The notes: generated by a model not told the origin, from the letters alone. DNA of 64,000 nucleotides from Dehalococcoidia bacterium (GCA_965218875.1 CBDCMJ010000001.1:2840-66839); one strand, 5' to 3'. Counted from the first letter of the stretch, positions 1 to 9,278 are shown. Program-made: numbers and translations.

Positions 1-23
1 TCCGAATCACCCGGCCCAACCAG

Positions 24-46
24 AGCCTGCCCCCGCGTAGGCGGGG
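24..46 (+). repeat. 23-nt hairpin micro-insertion AGCCTGCCCCCGCGTAGGCGGGG, located 3' of CCAG
   Basis: It interrupts ..RPNQ|VWAADITY.. of the IS3 ORF. Stem CCCCGC/GCGGGG, loop GTAG. It shares its AGCCTGCCCC arm with the copies at 236-258 and 487-511. Confidence 0.7.
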
Positions 47-235
47 GTATGGGCCGCCGACATCACCTACCTGCCCATGGCCCGCGGTTTCCTCTACTTG
101 GTGGCAGTCATGGACTGGCACAGCCGGTACGTGTTGTCCTGGCGGCTGTCCAATACTCTGGAGGCCGGCTTTTGCGCCGAGGCGCTGGAGGAGGCCCTGG
201 GCCAGGGCCAGCCGGAGGTGTTCAACACCGACCAG

Positions 236-258
236 AGCCTGCCCCTGCGAAAGCAGGG
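236..258 (+). repeat. 23-nt hairpin micro-insertion AGCCTGCCCCTGCGAAAGCAGGG, located 3' of CCAG
   Basis: It interrupts ..FNTDQ|GSQFTS.. Stem CCCCTGC/GCAGGGG with a GAAA loop. It causes a +2 frame change. Confidence 0.7.
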
Positions 259-486
259 GGCAGCCAGTTCACCAGCCTGGAGTTCACCCAGGTCCTGCAG
301 GAGCAAGGGGTGAAGATCAGTATGGACGGGAAGGGGCGGTACCAAGACAATATCTTCGTGGAGCGGCTGTGGCGGACAGTGAAGTACGAGGAGGTGTACC
401 TGAAAGCCTACGCCAGCGTCCTGGAGGCCCAGAGGGGGCTGGAAGACTACTTCCGGTTCTACAACGGGCTCAGGCCCCATCAGGCC

Positions 487-511
487 CCCCGGTCGTGGCC
501 GGGGGCAGGCT
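487..511 (-). repeat. 25-nt hairpin micro-insertion (minus strand AGCCTGCCCCCGGCCACGACCGGGG), located 3' of CCAG
   Basis: It interrupts ..RPHQA|LGYRTPAEVF.. It has the same conserved arm in the opposite orientation. Stem CCCCGG/CCGGGG. Confidence 0.7.
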
Positions 512-666
512 CTGGGCTACCGGACCCCGGCCGAGGTGTTCCATGGGGAGCAGGGGACTGTAGTAGGGGATTCTAATGAAAGGAGGGGTTCACCGGGAGA
601 GGGGATCGAATCACTGGCAGGAGAGCCGGGATTCTCACGTAACTCCGCCCTGATCCTGTCCAAATA

Positions 667-1675
667 ATGGGTTCCACCTCACCTGACCTGGAACTGGAGC
701 CAGTGACATCCGAAGATGAGGACTATGTCAGCGCTCCAGCTGACTATCAAATCTCGACCTACCCGGCAGACTTCACATTGGAAGTTTTGCACCAAAAGTG
801 GCTAACTAAGGAAATCATCATACCGGAGTTTCAACGCGACTTCGTTTGGAAACAAACGCAGGCAAGCAAACTGATTGAGTCCTTCTTGGTTGGGCTGCCA
901 GTGCCCCCCGTGTACGTTTACACTGAAAGGGAATCACAATACTTTCTTGTAATTGACGGCCAACAGCGCCTGAAGAGCATCTTTTACTTCTTTGAGGGCT
1001 ATTTTGGAGAGGAAGCACAAGGTCAAAGGCGGGTGTTCCACCTTACTGGGCTAAGTACGGACAGTCGTTTCAAAGAGAAGTCGTTCGCAGACCTTAATGA
1101 AGCGGACCAGAGGCGGCTCAAGAATGCCGTGCTTCGGTCCTTCGTTGTGCAACAACTTGATCCGGAAGACGACACGAGCATGTACCATATTTTTGAGCGT
1201 TTGAACACGGGGGGTACGCTACTTACCAACCAAGAGATTCGCAACTGCGTCTACGATGGCAAATTTACGAAGTCTCTTACAACGCTTAACCGAGTGCCAG
1301 AGTGGCGAAAAATTCTCGGGAAGAATGATCCGGACAGTCGACAGAAGGATATCGAACTACTAGTCCGTTTTCTCGCTATGCGGGACCTCTCCGCTTACCA
1401 GAAGCCGATGAAGGACTTCCTATCGACATTCATGCGGAAGAACAAGAATGCACCGGAAGAGGCACTGGAACGAAGTCGGATGGTCTTCCGAGACACTTGC
1501 AAGCAGCTCCTGAAATCACTGGGAGAGAAGCCCTTTCACATCCGCTCGGGTCTAAATGCCGCCGTCTATGACGCAGTCATGGTTGCTTTCTCAGAACACC
1601 TTGACGCGGTTCCATGCGACATCCAGCAACGGTACAAGCAACTTCTCGAGGATGATGACTTCATCGGCAATACTA
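667..1675 (+). CDS. DUF262 / ParB-like nuclease-domain protein (GmrSD N-terminal type); 3' end severed by IS630 insertion
   Basis: Motifs IPEFQRDFVW and VIDGQQRL (the DGQQR signature of DUF262). The annotated ATG at 667 overlaps the IS3 stop and end, so the true 5' end is uncertain. The reading frame continues exactly into 2912-2984 once the IS is removed. Confidence 0.8.
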
Positions 1676-2805
1676 AACCAAAGCCAAGGTGGGATGTGCA
1701 TTTGGCTGAGGTTGGCGATGGGTCTGGGAGTCTTGCAGTAGCCTTTCGGCCCTTGATTGCAGGACTGTACGGCAGCGGCGTCTGACCTCTTCTTTCCGGT
1801 TGGCCAGCGCGGCGAGGAAGTTCCCGACCCTTTCTTGCACCCGGGACTTGGTTCCCAGGCACAGGTTTCCGGTGGCTTCCTCTCTCGCCCAGCCCCAGAC
1901 CGCCTCATCGGCGTTGAAGTCCGGACTGTAACCCGGCAGGTTTATCAGCCTCAGGGCCAAGCCCGGCGTCCGCAGGTATTCCCGCACCGCCTCCCCGCGG
2001 TGTGCCGGGGCGTTGTCCCAGATCACGCCTAGCGGCCCGGAGTGCCTCTGCCGCAACCGGTCCAAGAAGGCAGCCGAGGTTCCGGAGTTGCTGTTTCCCT
2101 CCAGCTCCATCCACTCCACCTCCCCGGTCTCCAGACACACTGCCGAGTAGTAGCTGGCCTTCTCGCCATAGCGCGGGCTGCTGGAGTCCACCAAAGCCTG
2201 CCCTCCCCGCAGGACCCACTTGCCCCGCAGTTCGGCGTCCGCACGGAAGTGGGCCTCGTCGGCGAAGAATATCTTGGTCCCGGACCGTTGGGCCTCCTCC
2301 GACAGGGCGGCGTACTCCGCCACGAAAGCCTCCCGCTTGGCCTCATCCGCCTTGAGCAGGCGCTTCTTGGGATGCCTCAGGACGAATCCCAGCCGGTGCA
2401 GATAGTTCAAACAACTGCTGCGGCTCAACTCGATGCCGAACCGTTCCGAGACAAACTGCCGAACTCCCTTCCAATACCAGTTGGCCAGTTCGACGCCCAC
2501 CTGCTCCGGCAACTCCTGCACCGCTGCCCTCAAATCCGCCTGTTGCGTCTCGCCAAGGGCGGGGGGGAACCCCCGGTCTGCTCGAACATCAAGGCTGCAG
2601 GCCCTCCCTCGCCGAAGGCCGACGCCCATCGTCCGATGGTGTGTGGGTCCCGTTCCAGCGCCTCTGCCGTCGCTGCTGCCGTGCAGCCCTGTGCCAGCAG
2701 CAAGATGGCGTACCAGCGCTCCCGTTCCCTGGGCGTTGGCGCCAGAATCATCCGGCGGCGCAAGGCCTTGGCATCCATCTGCCATTGTTCCAGAAACTGG
2801 TCCAT
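1673..2805 (-). CDS. IS630-family transposase (HTH part and DDE part in two frames, joined at a C7 run)
   Basis: N-terminal frame MDQFLEQWQMDAKALRRRMILAPTPRERERWYAILLLAQG..FEQTGGSPP. The downstream frame continues ALGETQQADLRAAVQELPE..IFFADEAHF..VIWDNAPAHRG..PGYSPDFNADE. The switch lies at the homopolymer GGGGGGG, around 2566-2572 on the plus strand. It is either a -1 programmed frameshift or a 1-nt indel. Confidence 0.85.
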
Positions 2806-2911
2806 CTCTCTCACGCCCATCACCAACCTCACTCAACTCCCAAGACCAGCTAACCCAGTTCTCCCCACAAATTTACCCCATGACTCTGCGCATTTCACCT
2901 TGGCTTTGGTT
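1676..2911 (-). mobile_element. IS630-family insertion sequence, complete, flanked by a duplicated TA
   Basis: Terminal inverted repeats AACCAAAGCCAAGGTGGGATGTGCA (1676-) and TGCGCATTTCACCTTGGCTTTGGTT (-2911). TA is present at 1674-1675 and at 2912-2913. It encodes an IS630/Tc1-type DDE transposase. Confidence 0.9.
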
Positions 2912-2984
2912 TAGGTACGGAACTACGGACGTAGATACCGTGCAACAGCGTTTCGCGGTGGCCAAGTCGGTCCTGTTCAGCTAG
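2912..2984 (+). pseudogene. Displaced 3' terminal 23 codons of the DUF262 gene
   Basis: Removing 1676-2913 gives ..DDDFIGNT-RYGTTDVDTVQQRFAVAKSVLFS* in the same frame as 667-1675. Confidence 0.8.
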
Positions 2985-2991
2985 GAGTTCC

Positions 2992-3594
2992 ATGATGAAA
3001 CTGCCCCGTATCGACAGGGCCTTGGTAGATTGCGAAAACCACTTGCATTCCACCGCGTCTTTCAATACCGAGATCGAAAGCCTGCTTACCTATTCCTTGC
3101 TTGTGGTGATTTACGCAGAATTTGAACAAATGGTTAACGTCATAGTGCAAGAAAAGTGCAATTCTATAGAGGATGAGGCTCTGCGGGAACTTGCCAAGTC
3201 ATGCATAGGTAGTGTCAGCCGAATACAATCTAGCCAAATGGGAGATATGCTGGAACGGTTTGGGGCTGGCCGGAAGGCAGCTTTCAGGAATGAAATTACC
3301 GCTAACCAAGGTAGGCAGAGAGCCGAAACCTTCTACAACAACCTGATAACTAACCGCCATGATACTGCCCATTCCATCGGATCCAATCTTACCTTTGGGG
3401 AAGTCAAGCGGTACTACCAAGAAGGCCAGGACGATTGCAAAGTTGTTCGATTCGCGCCGTCGTCCTCGGAGATGGCAGGACTCCAAGGCTGGAACTGTGG
3501 ATTCCCGCTTTCGCGGGAAAGAGGGGTTGGGGCAGATTCCACTGGGTGGAAGGACTTTGCAGTCGTCCTGCCAAGAAGGCCATGTGGTGCTTGA
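2992..3594 (+). CDS. HEPN-superfamily protein (Rx4H motif), partner of the DUF262 gene
   Basis: NRHDTAH gives the R-x4-H HEPN signature near the C-terminal third. The protein is predicted helical and AT-richer, like the DUF262 gene. The tail after about 3440 switches to GC-rich sequence, so the true stop may lie earlier or the 3' end may be replaced. Confidence 0.6.
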   Translation: MMKLPRIDRALVDCENHLHSTASFNTEIESLLTYSLLVVIYAEFEQMVNVIVQEKCNSIEDEALRELAKSCIGSVSRIQSSQMGDMLERFGAGRKAAFRNEITANQGRQRAETFYNNLITNRHDTAHSIGSNLTFGEVKRYYQEGQDDCKVVRFAPSSSEMAGLQGWNCGFPLSRERGVGADSTGWKDFAVVLPRRPCGA

Positions 3595-3643
3595 CTTCTT
3601 CCGTCAAGCGCTGCTGGCTACCGGTACTGCCTGAGCCCTTGCC

Positions 3644-4996
3644 CTACCCCTCCAACCCATAGGCCTCATCCAGGATGTCCACAACGTGGCGGACTCGGGA
3701 TGGCCCCGTCGCATCTGCCATTTGTTGCAATCCGGTATCCAGTTGCGCCATGCAGCCGGGGTTGGCGGTTACAACCTCTTCGGCACCTGTAGCCCAGATG
3801 CTGCGAAGCTTCTTATCGAGTATCTTCCCGGACAGATCCGGCTGCACCATGGAGTAATATCCCGCGGAGCCGCAACACATGGCCGACTGCTCCATTTCCA
3901 CCAGTTCCACCCCGGGAATGGCCCGAAGCAGGGTCCGTGGGGCCGCCGTGATCCGCTGGGCATGGGCCAGGTGGCACGGGTCCTGGTAGGTCACCCTCCG
4001 CTCCAGCCGGGCCCGGGGCGGGTCCAGGGGTATCGAGGCCAGGAACTCCGTAATGTCCTGGGTCAACTCACCAAACCGCCGGGCCTTATCAGCGTATTCG
4101 GGATCGTGTTGCAACAGCTCGTCATACTCCTTCATGGTAGAACCGCATCCGGCAGAGGAGGTCACGATCCGGTCGACGCCAGCAGTGAGGAAAACATCAA
4201 TGTTCCGACGGGCCATCTGGCGGCTGTTCTCCAGGTCGCCACTGTGCAGGTTCAGCCCTCCGCAACAGCCTTGACCCAGCGGCACCACCACGTTGCAGCC
4301 GTTACGGGTGAGGACTCGCACCGTCGCATACATGGTACTGCCCTGCATCAACGGCATAACGCAGCCGGACAGCAGGCCGACGGTGTACGCCGGGCTTTCT
4401 CTCCCATCCTTCCTCGCCTGTGCCGGGAACCTTCTGGCACTGGGACCGAAGAACTTGCGGTCCATAACCGGCAGCTGGGACTCCATCTCAGCAAGGTGTG
4501 CCGGGAAGATGCGCAACAGGCCGGACTTACGGAGCAGCGATTGAATGCCGGACCGCTGGTAGGCCCGGAGGAGGCGACCGCCGAGGCGTAACCGCCCGGG
4601 GTGAGGCAGCGCAGACCGCAAGAACATGCGGCTGAGGCGCTTCAGGCTCTGACCCTGCTTGTCTTGCGACAAAACCTGGGCGCGGGTGTACTCCATTATA
4701 CGCCCGTAGGGGACTCCAGACGGGCATACTGCCTCGCAGGCCCGGCACTGGAGGCACATCTCCCAGTGGGATACCACCCGCTCGCTGATACCCAGCCTTC
4801 CTTCGTTGACCGCCTTCATCAGGGCGATGCGTCCCCGGGGCGACTCCATCTCGATGCCCAGCACCGAGTAGGTGGGACAGGCACTGAGGCAAAGGCCGCA
4901 ATGGACACAGCGGTAAAGGTCCGCCGCCGCCGGAGCGTCCACATCCCCAAAGCCAGGCTCCTGGTTGAACCTGATGGGGGCAGAGGGGTCGGGCAT
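3644..4996 (-). CDS. glcF: Glycolate oxidase iron-sulfur subunit
   Basis: Two 4Fe-4S motifs (CVHCGLCLSACP, CLQCRACEAVCP) followed by cysteine-rich CCG-type repeats. The start at MPDPS forms a TAATG overlap with the glcE stop. The longer ORF to 5131 was rejected. Confidence 0.85.
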   Translation of the reverse strand: MPDPSAPIRFNQEPGFGDVDAPAAADLYRCVHCGLCLSACPTYSVLGIEMESPRGRIALMKAVNEGRLGISERVVSHWEMCLQCRACEAVCPSGVPYGRIMEYTRAQVLSQDKQGQSLKRLSRMFLRSALPHPGRLRLGGRLLRAYQRSGIQSLLRKSGLLRIFPAHLAEMESQLPVMDRKFFGPSARRFPAQARKDGRESPAYTVGLLSGCVMPLMQGSTMYATVRVLTRNGCNVVVPLGQGCCGGLNLHSGDLENSRQMARRNIDVFLTAGVDRIVTSSAGCGSTMKEYDELLQHDPEYADKARRFGELTQDITEFLASIPLDPPRARLERRVTYQDPCHLAHAQRITAAPRTLLRAIPGVELVEMEQSAMCCGSAGYYSMVQPDLSGKILDKKLRSIWATGAEEVVTANPGCMAQLDTGLQQMADATGPSRVRHVVDILDEAYGLEG

Positions 4997-6393
4997 TACA
5001 ACCTCCCAACGAAACGCCCCGGGTTGAGGGTTCCCGATGGGTCGAATTTGTTCTTGATGCGGCGCATAATCTCCATTCCCTGGAAGGAATCGCCCCATAC
5101 GTCCAACTGTTGCTTGACTGGCAGAGGACACTGCTCCACTACGGCGGAACCTCCCAACCAGCCGGCCAATTCCCTGGCACGACGGACGGCATCCACCGCA
5201 GTTTCAGCTGCAAGGCCGGCTGCCACTCCCGACACCGGGAAATCATCGCCCCCACGCAACTTCCACAGCAAACGCATCTCCCCCCACCCGACATCGGCCA
5301 CAATACCCGGAGCCACCCCCAGCGAATCGTCCCCCCAGAAGGCCGTAGACGCCTGCGCCATCGCCGAGGGCGGCAGGTTGACTTTCAGAACCAGGTCGGG
5401 AGCGGTGTCAGGAGACCAACCCAGGTCAGTGAGGCTGCGGACCAGAGCGAGAGTCTCATCCTCACCCAATTGTTGTATTCGCCGGGCGGATGTGTCCTCC
5501 AGTTGTTGCCTGCCGCCTTCCATGCTCCTTCGTACTCCGAGTGACCGTCCAAAATAGAATGCCAAAACCTGGGCCCCGGCGCCGGGGCCAGAGGGCTCGG
5601 CAGCCTCCCCTACCCCAGTTTGGGCGTTGCCCAGTATCCGGGCAATCGGGCCATTGATCACCTGGATGGCCTGCGGAGCGTGTACCTGTCCTCTAAGGGC
5701 GTTGGCTCCGGCCAGGGCCTTGCCCACCCCTGAGTATTCCGCAGCCAAGCATCCCCAGGCGGTAGGACGGGGAGCCAACTTGAAGGACGCCTCAACAATC
5801 ACGCCCAAGGTACCCAGGGAGCCGGTGTACAGCTTGTTCAGGTCGTAGCCGGTGACATTCTTGACCACGCGACCCCCGGCCTTGGTCTCCACCCCCTGGC
5901 TGCTGATTACGCCGATGCCGATGAGCCAGTCGCGGGGCAACCCGTAACTGGACCGCAGCGGCCCGCAGGTGTTGGCCGCCAAGACGCCCCCCACGGTCGC
6001 CCGGTGCGACAACGGGGCTTCCAGGGGCACTATCTTGGCCTCGGCAGCCAGCAGCTGTTGTAGTTGGGCCAGGGTAACGCCGGACTCTACCGTCACCGTA
6101 AGGTCGGCAGGCTGGAAGTCCAGCACTTGGTCCAGCCGGGTCAGATCCAGCAGTAAATCTACCCGGCGGGGCGGATTTCCCAGGGACAACTGGGTGCCAC
6201 CACCACAGGGAATTACGGCCAGCCCCTTCGACGACGCCCAGCGCAACACTTCGGCCACCTCATCCCGGCTGGCTGGCTGGACCGCCACCCGGGGCGTTGC
6301 GCCATCAACAGAGTACTGTGGCAGTCGTTGACCGTCTACTGCGGCATCCCTGCCCAGCAGGTCGGCCAGCTGTTGCTCAAGGGAAGGCGACAA
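4996..6393 (-). CDS. glcE: Glycolate oxidase FAD-binding subunit
   Basis: FAD-binding PCMH-type domain (VIPCGGGTQL..). It lies between glcD and glcF. Confidence 0.8.
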   Translation of the reverse strand: MSPSLEQQLADLLGRDAAVDGQRLPQYSVDGATPRVAVQPASRDEVAEVLRWASSKGLAVIPCGGGTQLSLGNPPRRVDLLLDLTRLDQVLDFQPADLTVTVESGVTLAQLQQLLAAEAKIVPLEAPLSHRATVGGVLAANTCGPLRSSYGLPRDWLIGIGVISSQGVETKAGGRVVKNVTGYDLNKLYTGSLGTLGVIVEASFKLAPRPTAWGCLAAEYSGVGKALAGANALRGQVHAPQAIQVINGPIARILGNAQTGVGEAAEPSGPGAGAQVLAFYFGRSLGVRRSMEGGRQQLEDTSARRIQQLGEDETLALVRSLTDLGWSPDTAPDLVLKVNLPPSAMAQASTAFWGDDSLGVAPGIVADVGWGEMRLLWKLRGGDDFPVSGVAAGLAAETAVDAVRRARELAGWLGGSAVVEQCPLPVKQQLDVWGDSFQGMEIMRRIKNKFDPSGTLNPGRFVGRL

Positions 6394-6404
6394 GAAGTTA
6401 GTCC

Positions 6405-7829
6405 TCAGATGTACATGCCCGGCGCGGGACGGTGGGCCGCCGGTTGGTGGGCCTCCCCATCGGGGAAAATCTTACCGGGGTTGATGCGGTTGGCCGGTGC
6501 GAAGGCGTCGCGCACCTGCTGCATCGCCGCCATGTCCTCATCACTGTACACCAGAGGCATGAAGTGTTTCTTTTCCAGACCGATACCATGCTCGCCGCTT
6601 AGAGTTCCCCCCATCGCCACGCAATACTCCATCAACTCGGCAGCCCCGGCCATTGCCCTTTCCGAAACGCCGGGCTCCCGTTCATCAAAGAGCATACAGG
6701 GATGCAGGTTTCCGTCCCCGGCATGGAACACGTTGGCGATGATGATGCCGTACTTCTCACTGACTTCGCTGACCTTTCGCAGCACCTGGGTCAGCCGGGT
6801 ACGGGGCACCACTCCATCGACCAGGAAGTAGTTGGGGGCGATGGCTCCAAAAGCTCCGAAGGCGGTCTTACGTCCTACCCATAGCTTTTCTCGCTCCTGC
6901 TCGTCTTCCGCCACCCTTACGTCCGTAGCTCCCGTATCCCACAGGGCGCTCTCCACCTCGCGGCTCAGTTCTTCCACCTCGCCCCTGAGCCCTTCCAGTT
7001 CGATCAGAAGCACCGCGCCCGCGTCCTCCGGGTATCCGGCGTCCATGACACTCTGAACGGCGCGAATGGTCTGGGCGTCGATCATCTCCAGGGCCGCTGG
7101 CAGAATGCCGTGCCCAATGACCGCCGATACCGCGGTGCAGGCCGAATCAATATCCGGGAAGACGCCCAGAAAGGTCCTGACCGTTTCCGGCACCGGCAGC
7201 AGCCGTACCATAATCTTGGTGGCAAGCCCGAAGGTCCCTTCGGAACCGACGAAGACTCCCCGCAGGTCGTACCCCGGCACTTCCCTGACCATGCTGCCCA
7301 ATTGGACCATTGAACCGTCTTCCAAAACCACCTCCATACCCAGCACGTGGTTGGTGGTGGTGCCATAAGCCAGGCAGTGGGGCCCGCCCGCGTTCTCGGC
7401 AATGTTGCCCCCGAGGCTGCAAGCCCGCTGACTGGAAGGGTCGGGAGCGTAGCGCATACCCAGCTTTCGGACATGGGTATCCAGATCCAGATTTATGACG
7501 CCCGGCTCCACCGTGGCGATCCGGTTTTCGGTGTCGACTTCCAGAATGCGATTCATCCGGGTCATGGAAATCTGGATGCCCTCGGGCGGCGTGATGGCCC
7601 CTCCGCTGAGGCCGGTTCCCGAACCCCGGCCTACCACGGGAATGCCCTCGGCGTAGGCCAGGGCCATGACCTGCGCCACCTCCGCGCCGGATGCGGGCAA
7701 GACCACTGCTCGGGGCATGGAACGGTCGACCGACCCGTCGTACTCGTAGACCAACAAGTCCTCGGGGTGGAACACCACGTTACCCTCGCCGACGACGGCC
7801 TGTAGCTGTTGCAAAAGAGGCTGATCCAC
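6405..7829 (-). CDS. glcD: Glycolate oxidase subunit GlcD (FAD-linked oxidase)
   Basis: FAD-linked oxidase N- and C-terminal domains (VVGRGSGTGLSGGA.., HAGDGNLHP, GTLSGEHGIG). Confidence 0.85.
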   Translation of the reverse strand: MDQPLLQQLQAVVGEGNVVFHPEDLLVYEYDGSVDRSMPRAVVLPASGAEVAQVMALAYAEGIPVVGRGSGTGLSGGAITPPEGIQISMTRMNRILEVDTENRIATVEPGVINLDLDTHVRKLGMRYAPDPSSQRACSLGGNIAENAGGPHCLAYGTTTNHVLGMEVVLEDGSMVQLGSMVREVPGYDLRGVFVGSEGTFGLATKIMVRLLPVPETVRTFLGVFPDIDSACTAVSAVIGHGILPAALEMIDAQTIRAVQSVMDAGYPEDAGAVLLIELEGLRGEVEELSREVESALWDTGATDVRVAEDEQEREKLWVGRKTAFGAFGAIAPNYFLVDGVVPRTRLTQVLRKVSEVSEKYGIIIANVFHAGDGNLHPCMLFDEREPGVSERAMAGAAELMEYCVAMGGTLSGEHGIGLEKKHFMPLVYSDEDMAAMQQVRDAFAPANRINPGKIFPDGEAHQPAAHRPAPGMYI

Positions 7830-8028
7830 GCTTTCTCCCGGGCCACCTACTGGCTTCGATAATAGACCAAAGGCTGGGTCAAGGCAAGAAAGAACGGACT
7901 TAACTGCACTACTCAGTTATCGACCCCTGGCTGCTCCACGCCAACACCACCCACACCGGCGAGCGCGCTACAATAGAGGGGTACTCGGCACGAGGAAACG
8001 TCCGGGTCGGATTCCTGAGGAGGCCACA

Positions 8029-8295
8029 ATGAGACCCTACGATTGGTACGCCCGGGCCAAGGCCCGGCTGGAGCAATTTCTTCCCGGGCTCGACCCAGAC
8101 TTGGAGGTCGACATAGACACTACCAACGTCACTCCGGATGACGACAGCGGGGTATACAACACCTTTGTCCTGGTCTTTTATCACGCATCCAACGAAAACC
8201 TTCACTGGACCATGGAGATTCGTATGGACGAAGATTACATCGAGCGTGAACTGGAGGAAATTGTGACCCGGATTTACTTCGAGCGGGTGGAGTAG
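8029..8295 (+). CDS. Small hypothetical protein (88 aa)
   Basis: GAGGAGG lies 6 nt upstream of the ATG. The composition is balanced and acidic. It was preferred over the overlapping minus-strand ORF 7909-8205. Confidence 0.5.
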   Translation: MRPYDWYARAKARLEQFLPGLDPDLEVDIDTTNVTPDDDSGVYNTFVLVFYHASNENLHWTMEIRMDEDYIERELEEIVTRIYFERVE

Positions 8296-8359
8296 CTTGC
8301 GGTGCCCTGGACATGGAGACCGTCATGAGCGCCCGGACACAGGAATTAGGAGCGGATGG

Positions 8360-8968
8360 CTATGCCGCTGGAGTTACGAGGTCTTCGTTGGAACCGGCGA
8401 TGTAAGGACCCAGAAGGGGTTCCAAACGAATGCGGAGTTCCGCCAATTGATCTTCGATATCCCGGCCGTCTTCAGCTAGTACTTCGATCTCAAAGATTTG
8501 CCCGATGTCTTCCACCATATCCAGGTTGAAGACGATATTCTCCTTACGCCAGTGTTCACGTTGCTTGCGAACAATGGCCCGAATCCCGAGGGCGGTATCC
8601 AACATCTCTTTGACTTGAAGGTCGTTTACTTCCCAGATTTGGAAGTGACTTGTTCGGGTGCCCGTCTCCTGTCGGTCATAGTAGTAAATGATGCGCCTTT
8701 CCCCATTCTCGACACGCAACTTGAGTCGCCGGGGTTCCTCTTCGGCTCCCAAGGTCGGTAGGTGGTAGAAGAAGTCCACCTGTTCCTTTACTCCAATTAA
8801 GACTGCTCCGAGATCGCGTAGAAGCTGACGTACTGGGACGAAATCCGGGCAATAGGCCTTAATCTCCCGGCTCAGATGAATATTCACCTTAATGACTCCC
8901 GCAGTGGTCAGTTTCTCACTAAGAATGTCATTTCGGGCCGGGAGAATGCAAGCCGGGGTATTTGCCAA
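8360..8968 (-). CDS. CYTH-domain protein / class IV (CyaB-like) adenylate cyclase family
   Basis: CYTH-like beta-barrel pattern: ..NIHLSREIKAY.., LKLRVENG.., IYYYDRQ, IVRKQREHWR, FNLDMVEDIGQFEIEV. The start codon is uncertain. Confidence 0.6.
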   Translation of the reverse strand: MANTPACILPARNDILSEKLTTAGVIKVNIHLSREIKAYCPDFVPVRQLLRDLGAVLIGVKEQVDFFYHLPTLGAEEEPRRLKLRVENGERRIIYYYDRQETGTRTSHFQIWEVNDLQVKEMLDTALGIRAIVRKQREHWRKENIVFNLDMVEDIGQIFEIEVLAEDGRDIEDQLAELRIRLEPLLGPYIAGSNEDLVTPAA

Positions 8969-9278
8969 CCCAAGCCTGTTTCAGGGAATTCGCCGAATGA
9001 ACGGCTTGGTAACCCGTATTGAGGGCTCCTTACTCCCTGCAATAGTCTGACTTGCACTCCCCACGGGCGGATGTGTTCATCTAGCCCTGTTGGCCAAGGA
9101 CGCCGCAGAAGGGACCTACACACTTGGTTGGTGGCTGGAGAAAGACCGGCCTCCGAGGTTGTCCGGGAAGAAGGAAGATACTGTCGGCCGTTGTGCTGTT
9201 CTACGCTCGGCCCATTGGCCTGGAAACTTGGGGAGGAATTTTCACGGAAATCCACGCAGTCCTGCTACGTACCGTCTA

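Larger units (their letters stand above)
1..681 (+). pseudogene. IS3-family transposase OrfB (rve/DDE integrase core) remnant; 5' end outside window; broken by three 23-25 nt insertions
   Basis: Joining three frames restores a textbook IS3 OrfB: RITRPNQ / VWAADITYLPMARGFLYLVAVMDWHSRYVLSWRLS..EVFNTDQ / GSQFTSLEFTQVLQEQGVKISMDGKGRYQDNIFVERLWRTVKYEEVYL..FYNGLRPHQA / LGYRTPAEVF..ILSK* (stop 665-667). The frame changes coincide with insertions at 24-46, 236-258 and 487-511. The terminal GTCCAAATAATGGGTTCCACCTCA (to about 681) resembles an IS3-type right end. Confidence 0.85.

Noticed and set aside
24-511. The idea that the three IS3 insertions are translationally bypassed (gene-60 or byp-like hops) or are in-frame coding inserts.
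   Set aside because: Their lengths are 23, 23 and 25 nt, none a multiple of three. I could not find matching take-off and landing codons that would restore the downstream frame. A disrupted pseudogene is the simpler reading.
3440-3594. The GC-rich C-terminal 50 codons of the HEPN ORF, and the hairpin TTCCCGC-TTTC-GCGGGAA at about 3500-3520 as a terminator.
   Set aside because: The composition switch suggests this tail is not native coding sequence. The hairpin lacks a U tract and lies inside the ORF. I left it as an uncertainty on the CDS end rather than calling a feature.
5000-5131. The N-terminal 45-codon extension of glcF offered by the ORF track.
   Set aside because: The extension overlaps glcE completely. 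The internal Met at 4996 gives the usual TAATG stop/start coupling and leaves the ferredoxin-like motif at the normal distance from the N-terminus.
7909-8205. 98-aa minus-strand ORF overlapping 8029-8295.
   Set aside because: It has no ribosome-binding site and a poor composition. The plus-strand ORF has a GAGGAGG site at the right spacing.
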